From Ptychomitrium polyphyllum (Eukaryota), in contig OZ316775.1 in assembly GCA_973851085.1 (NCBI GenBank), positions 21,080,001 to 21,144,000 of the forward strand: 64,000 nucleotides of DNA, given 5' to 3'. The notes below the pieces were generated by a model. It did not search any database. It was not told where the DNA came from and saw only the letters and a list, made by a program, of their open reading frames with translations. The position numbers were made by a program, and so were the translations under genes. Of this stretch, positions 60,301 to 64,000 are shown one piece after another (within the stretch, counting starts at the first letter, position 1; each line of letters opens with the position of its first letter).

Positions 60301-63300
60301 ATTTATGATCAAGAAACATGCCAGGACTTGTAGACTTTGGCAAAGTCTGGGTCACCACTTCTGGAGCTGCTGGAGCTGCTGGAGCTCTTCATTTCTTTCT
60401 CGAGAAAATAAGCTTGTGCAGCTGACTTATCATAAATCTACACTCAGAGTTCTTTGTCAGTTGATAGATGACAAGAAGACCAGATTGTAGGCTGAGACAT
60501 TTCCAAGTTGTCTGTCCTGTGAGTTGTGCACTGTGCAGGCACTCAAGACTCCAGGTGCGTACGTACATACTCCCCAGCTCCAAGTTGCTCAATACACATA
60601 TCCATCAAAAGAGTGCCCAGGGTTCAGGAGGGGTAGTACATAAAACCCAGTCAATGATGGTGACCATTGCAGAGACCTATGACTACCACCACTCATCATG
60701 TCCATCAGGTTACTTTCACCAGGAATTTCAGTTCCAGTTCCCATTCAACGTTGTCAAGTTGTCACTTCCTCACACGTCCCCCAGCAGAAATCAGATTTGG
60801 GCCTACTTAGTCTTAAGTATGCCAGCCTAGGTGCATGATTATGTGGTCATCCCTATCACGGATTTCAGCAGAGTCCAATCTCCAATTTTATGTTAGTAAC
60901 TTGTTACTAAAGTCTTGCCAGATTTTCAAGAGCCAAATTCTGCAATTTTTGGCCGAATGTTAACCTTGAACAATTGGGTGTACTATCTATGAGTTTTGGA
61001 GGGGTTTGGGCTGATTAACTTTGTGAATAACAGCATTTCCTTGAGAGATGCCAGCAGGAATTAATCCATGAATGTTGAAGTGACCATTTTCTTTTGACGT
61101 GACCCATTTAGATCATAATTTAAGAACATATATACCATACTTTCTAAGAGGAAACAAAATCTGCTTTTCAATCCAATTTGAATTTAAATCAATCAAAATT
61201 AATGAGGCTTTTTCAAATATGAAGCATCTCATGGTTGTTTTAATGTTACTTAACCTGCTATTTTTAAAAATACTTATTTTTTGGGTTGCCCATTCTTTGA
61301 TGTTCTTTTTTGTTACATAGAACTTGACCTTAGCCAATCAAATTAAAATCTTAGTCATTAAAATAATATTAGCAATTCCAACAAAAGCCTATACTATGTG
61401 ATTTTAAAATTGTGATATAAAGAATATAAATTTTGTTAGTAAAAAAGATTGATAGACACTATGATTTTTTTTATAAAAGAAATTAGAATTAAACTTCATT
61501 AAAATTGTAGAAGTCACATATTTTAAGAAAACATCTAAAATTTGGCCCACATCCTTTTGACATAAAAGAACTAAGCATTTATTTTATGTTTTAGAAGTTT
61601 ATGAAGAAAAAGAATAAGCATGGACGTGCGCAAAAAAATGGTAGAAGAAGTAGGGGTTCAACTTTTACAAAGTATTGAACAAAATGTTGTTAAAGAAGAA
61701 CTCGAAATTGAAGCATAAATATTTTTGCTAATTTCCATTTACAATATAGTGGACAAATAAATGCAAAAAAACTAATATATTCTTTCTATCATTTTTATTG
61801 TGACCTTCTTTGGCCATCATTTTCTCTCATGCCAAATTTTGTTTTTTATCCATGGTTTTTGGACCCTAATGTTTATGTACTACTTGATTGTAGTAATGTA
61901 TTTTTGGTCCATGTTTTGTCCAAGTGGACTCAATAATTCTCCAAATTATGAGCAACATTGTTTGGCCCTTTAAAAATTCATCTTTATGCTTAAATGTGTT
62001 TTTATTTGTTTAATTTTTGGATATGCTTTGTAAAAAACTTGCTTAATTGGATCTTTTTGTAAAAAGAAATGAATTTAATCTTAAACCATGGATTCTTTGA
62101 ATTAATTGGATTTCCATGTACAAAGAATTTTTAGAAGTTGTTGCTATTTAGTTTGGAATTTGAAAATGTATTTAAAAAACTTCTTAATTTTGAAAACCAA
62201 TACAGTTGTCATGTCTTTAGAAACATCTTACATAGAACATCTTTGTTCAAATGTGCAATCTAGGATTAATGATAATATTTAGTTTTCTTTAGACAATAAT
62301 ATTAATAGCAAGGTATTAATAAATAACCTTTTTTGAACATTAAGAAATTTTTTAAGACAATATCATCCATGTTTCTTCTATGGTTTTAAGTTTTTATAAA
62401 ACATAATTTTTTAATTTAAAAAACTTATCAAACATCCATTTTGTTTTGGAAAAAGATGATAAATTGAGAAATAATGCCTAAAGCTACTGAAGCAATCCAA
62501 CCTTAAAAAAATAATATACCACACATATATCCATCCAATTATATCTATAAAAAAATTAATAAACAAACACATGGCTTCAAAAGGAGTGTGATAAAGAAGG
62601 GTGCTAGTGTAGAGGGAGCTTGCTTTGTAAACCTCATAAGCTTTGCATGTGACATTAAGCATATTCAAATATAATAAAATTTAAAGACTTATTTTTGGAT
62701 ATTTATGTAATAACATGATGTATGAAATCTTATGGTGTTGGTGTTGATTTTGATTAATTGATACAGTTTGTATATCATTTTGAAATTTTAAATTTCATAC
62801 ATTTTAATGACATATGATATTTTCATATTTGATACCAACTTGTAATGACTTTAAATTTATATTCATAATTTGGAAATTTTTTGAAGGAATATAAGGGACA
62901 TTTTGTATATATAAATTAGCAAGTATTGAAATTTGACTTGTATAGAAGGCATTTGAAATTTTTTAAAATTTAGATTTGAATTCTGGACAAGTGTTTATTA
63001 GATTAGACTTATTTGTAAATTGCACCTTTTTTTCACCCAAATGTATGAAGTAGAACAATCTATTACCATCAAAGGCCATGGCCACTATTTATCAAAGAAC
63101 TAGGAATCATCTTTTGTAACACCATTAATAACTAAATTCTTGTCATCATTGATTTAAGCTTTTTAAAGAATGGTAATAGATTTATAATCATTTGGTGGAG
63201 AAAGACTTGGTGTTTGGTGGTCATTGATGGAAAATTCTATAATTGTACATTCATTTATTAGTGGTTATTGGTTGTTGTTTGAATAATCCATGGAAAAAAT

Positions 63301-64000
63301 CTATTAGTAATTTATGGTATTTTGTATAAATATGTTTTTTAAATTAATAATTAATTCAAATTTATATTAAAAATATCTAATTGAAATTATATTAAATGTA
63401 TCAAACTTCATCCAATATAAATTATTAAATTATTTTCAATACTTGCATAAGAAGACATTCTTTTTTGCAATGGTCATAAATTATTCTATTTAAAGCTTAT
63501 TTCTTAAGTCTTAAATAATATTATCAGTTATGAATTTTAAGTGAATTTGTAATAAACAGATGAATGTTTATTTTGTTGATATAACTTTGTTGACTATGAA
63601 AATTGATTAACAACATTTTCTAAAAGCACCTAATTTTAATGATATGCAAGAATATTATAATGAAAAAAAATGAACTAACATTCAAACTTATATGTGCTAA
63701 TTTTAGAATATAATTCAAATAATTAAAATGATTTATCTTAAAGATTTTAAAAGTCCAAGTTTTGAGTTTGATAACATACAGAGCAATAAATAAGAATTTT
63801 CTTTATATTATCAAATGTTTTGTAGTTGATTTCATGTAAAAAAATTCTTAGCTAACGTTTTTTTATTGCCTTTTCAAAAAGCTACGTGATAGCATAAATT
63901 GTAATTCTTAGTGATTTGAAAAATATCAAGGCTACAGTTTCCATTGTAGAACTTAGTAAAGAAAGCTAGTAATGAATTCAACTTCATTTTGTCCAAATCT

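Noticed and set aside
60300..61090. GC-richer island with short ORFs and a CTGGAGCTG repeat
   Set aside because: No identifiable protein similarity, termini or TSD. CpG-depleted and probably a decayed repeat.

Overview
Eukaryotic plant genomic DNA: GT-AG spliced genes in GC-richer islands separated by very AT-rich, CpG-depleted spacers. Gene style and repeats suggest a moss such as Physcomitrium patens (inference, not verified). Exons were assembled by hand from the sequence. There are five apparently intact genes: organellar methionine aminopeptidase MAP1D (-), a serine carboxypeptidase-like protein (+), a SAM-carrier-like mitochondrial carrier (+), a divergent Tmemb_14/FAX-like membrane protein (+) and a TPD1-like cysteine-rich secreted peptide gene (+). 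There is also an intron-retaining PRMT10 pseudogene. Mobile-element relics are a solo LTR, a Copia gag-protease remnant, an L1-type LINE RT remnant and a piggyBac-like transposase C-terminus. The most striking observation is the TPD1-like gene. Its terminal ligand-domain exon is tandemly duplicated as two intact, same-phase 305-nt exons (about 72% aa identity) with their own splice acceptors and no separate 5' exons. This suggests one gene producing two alternative ligands by alternative last-exon choice.
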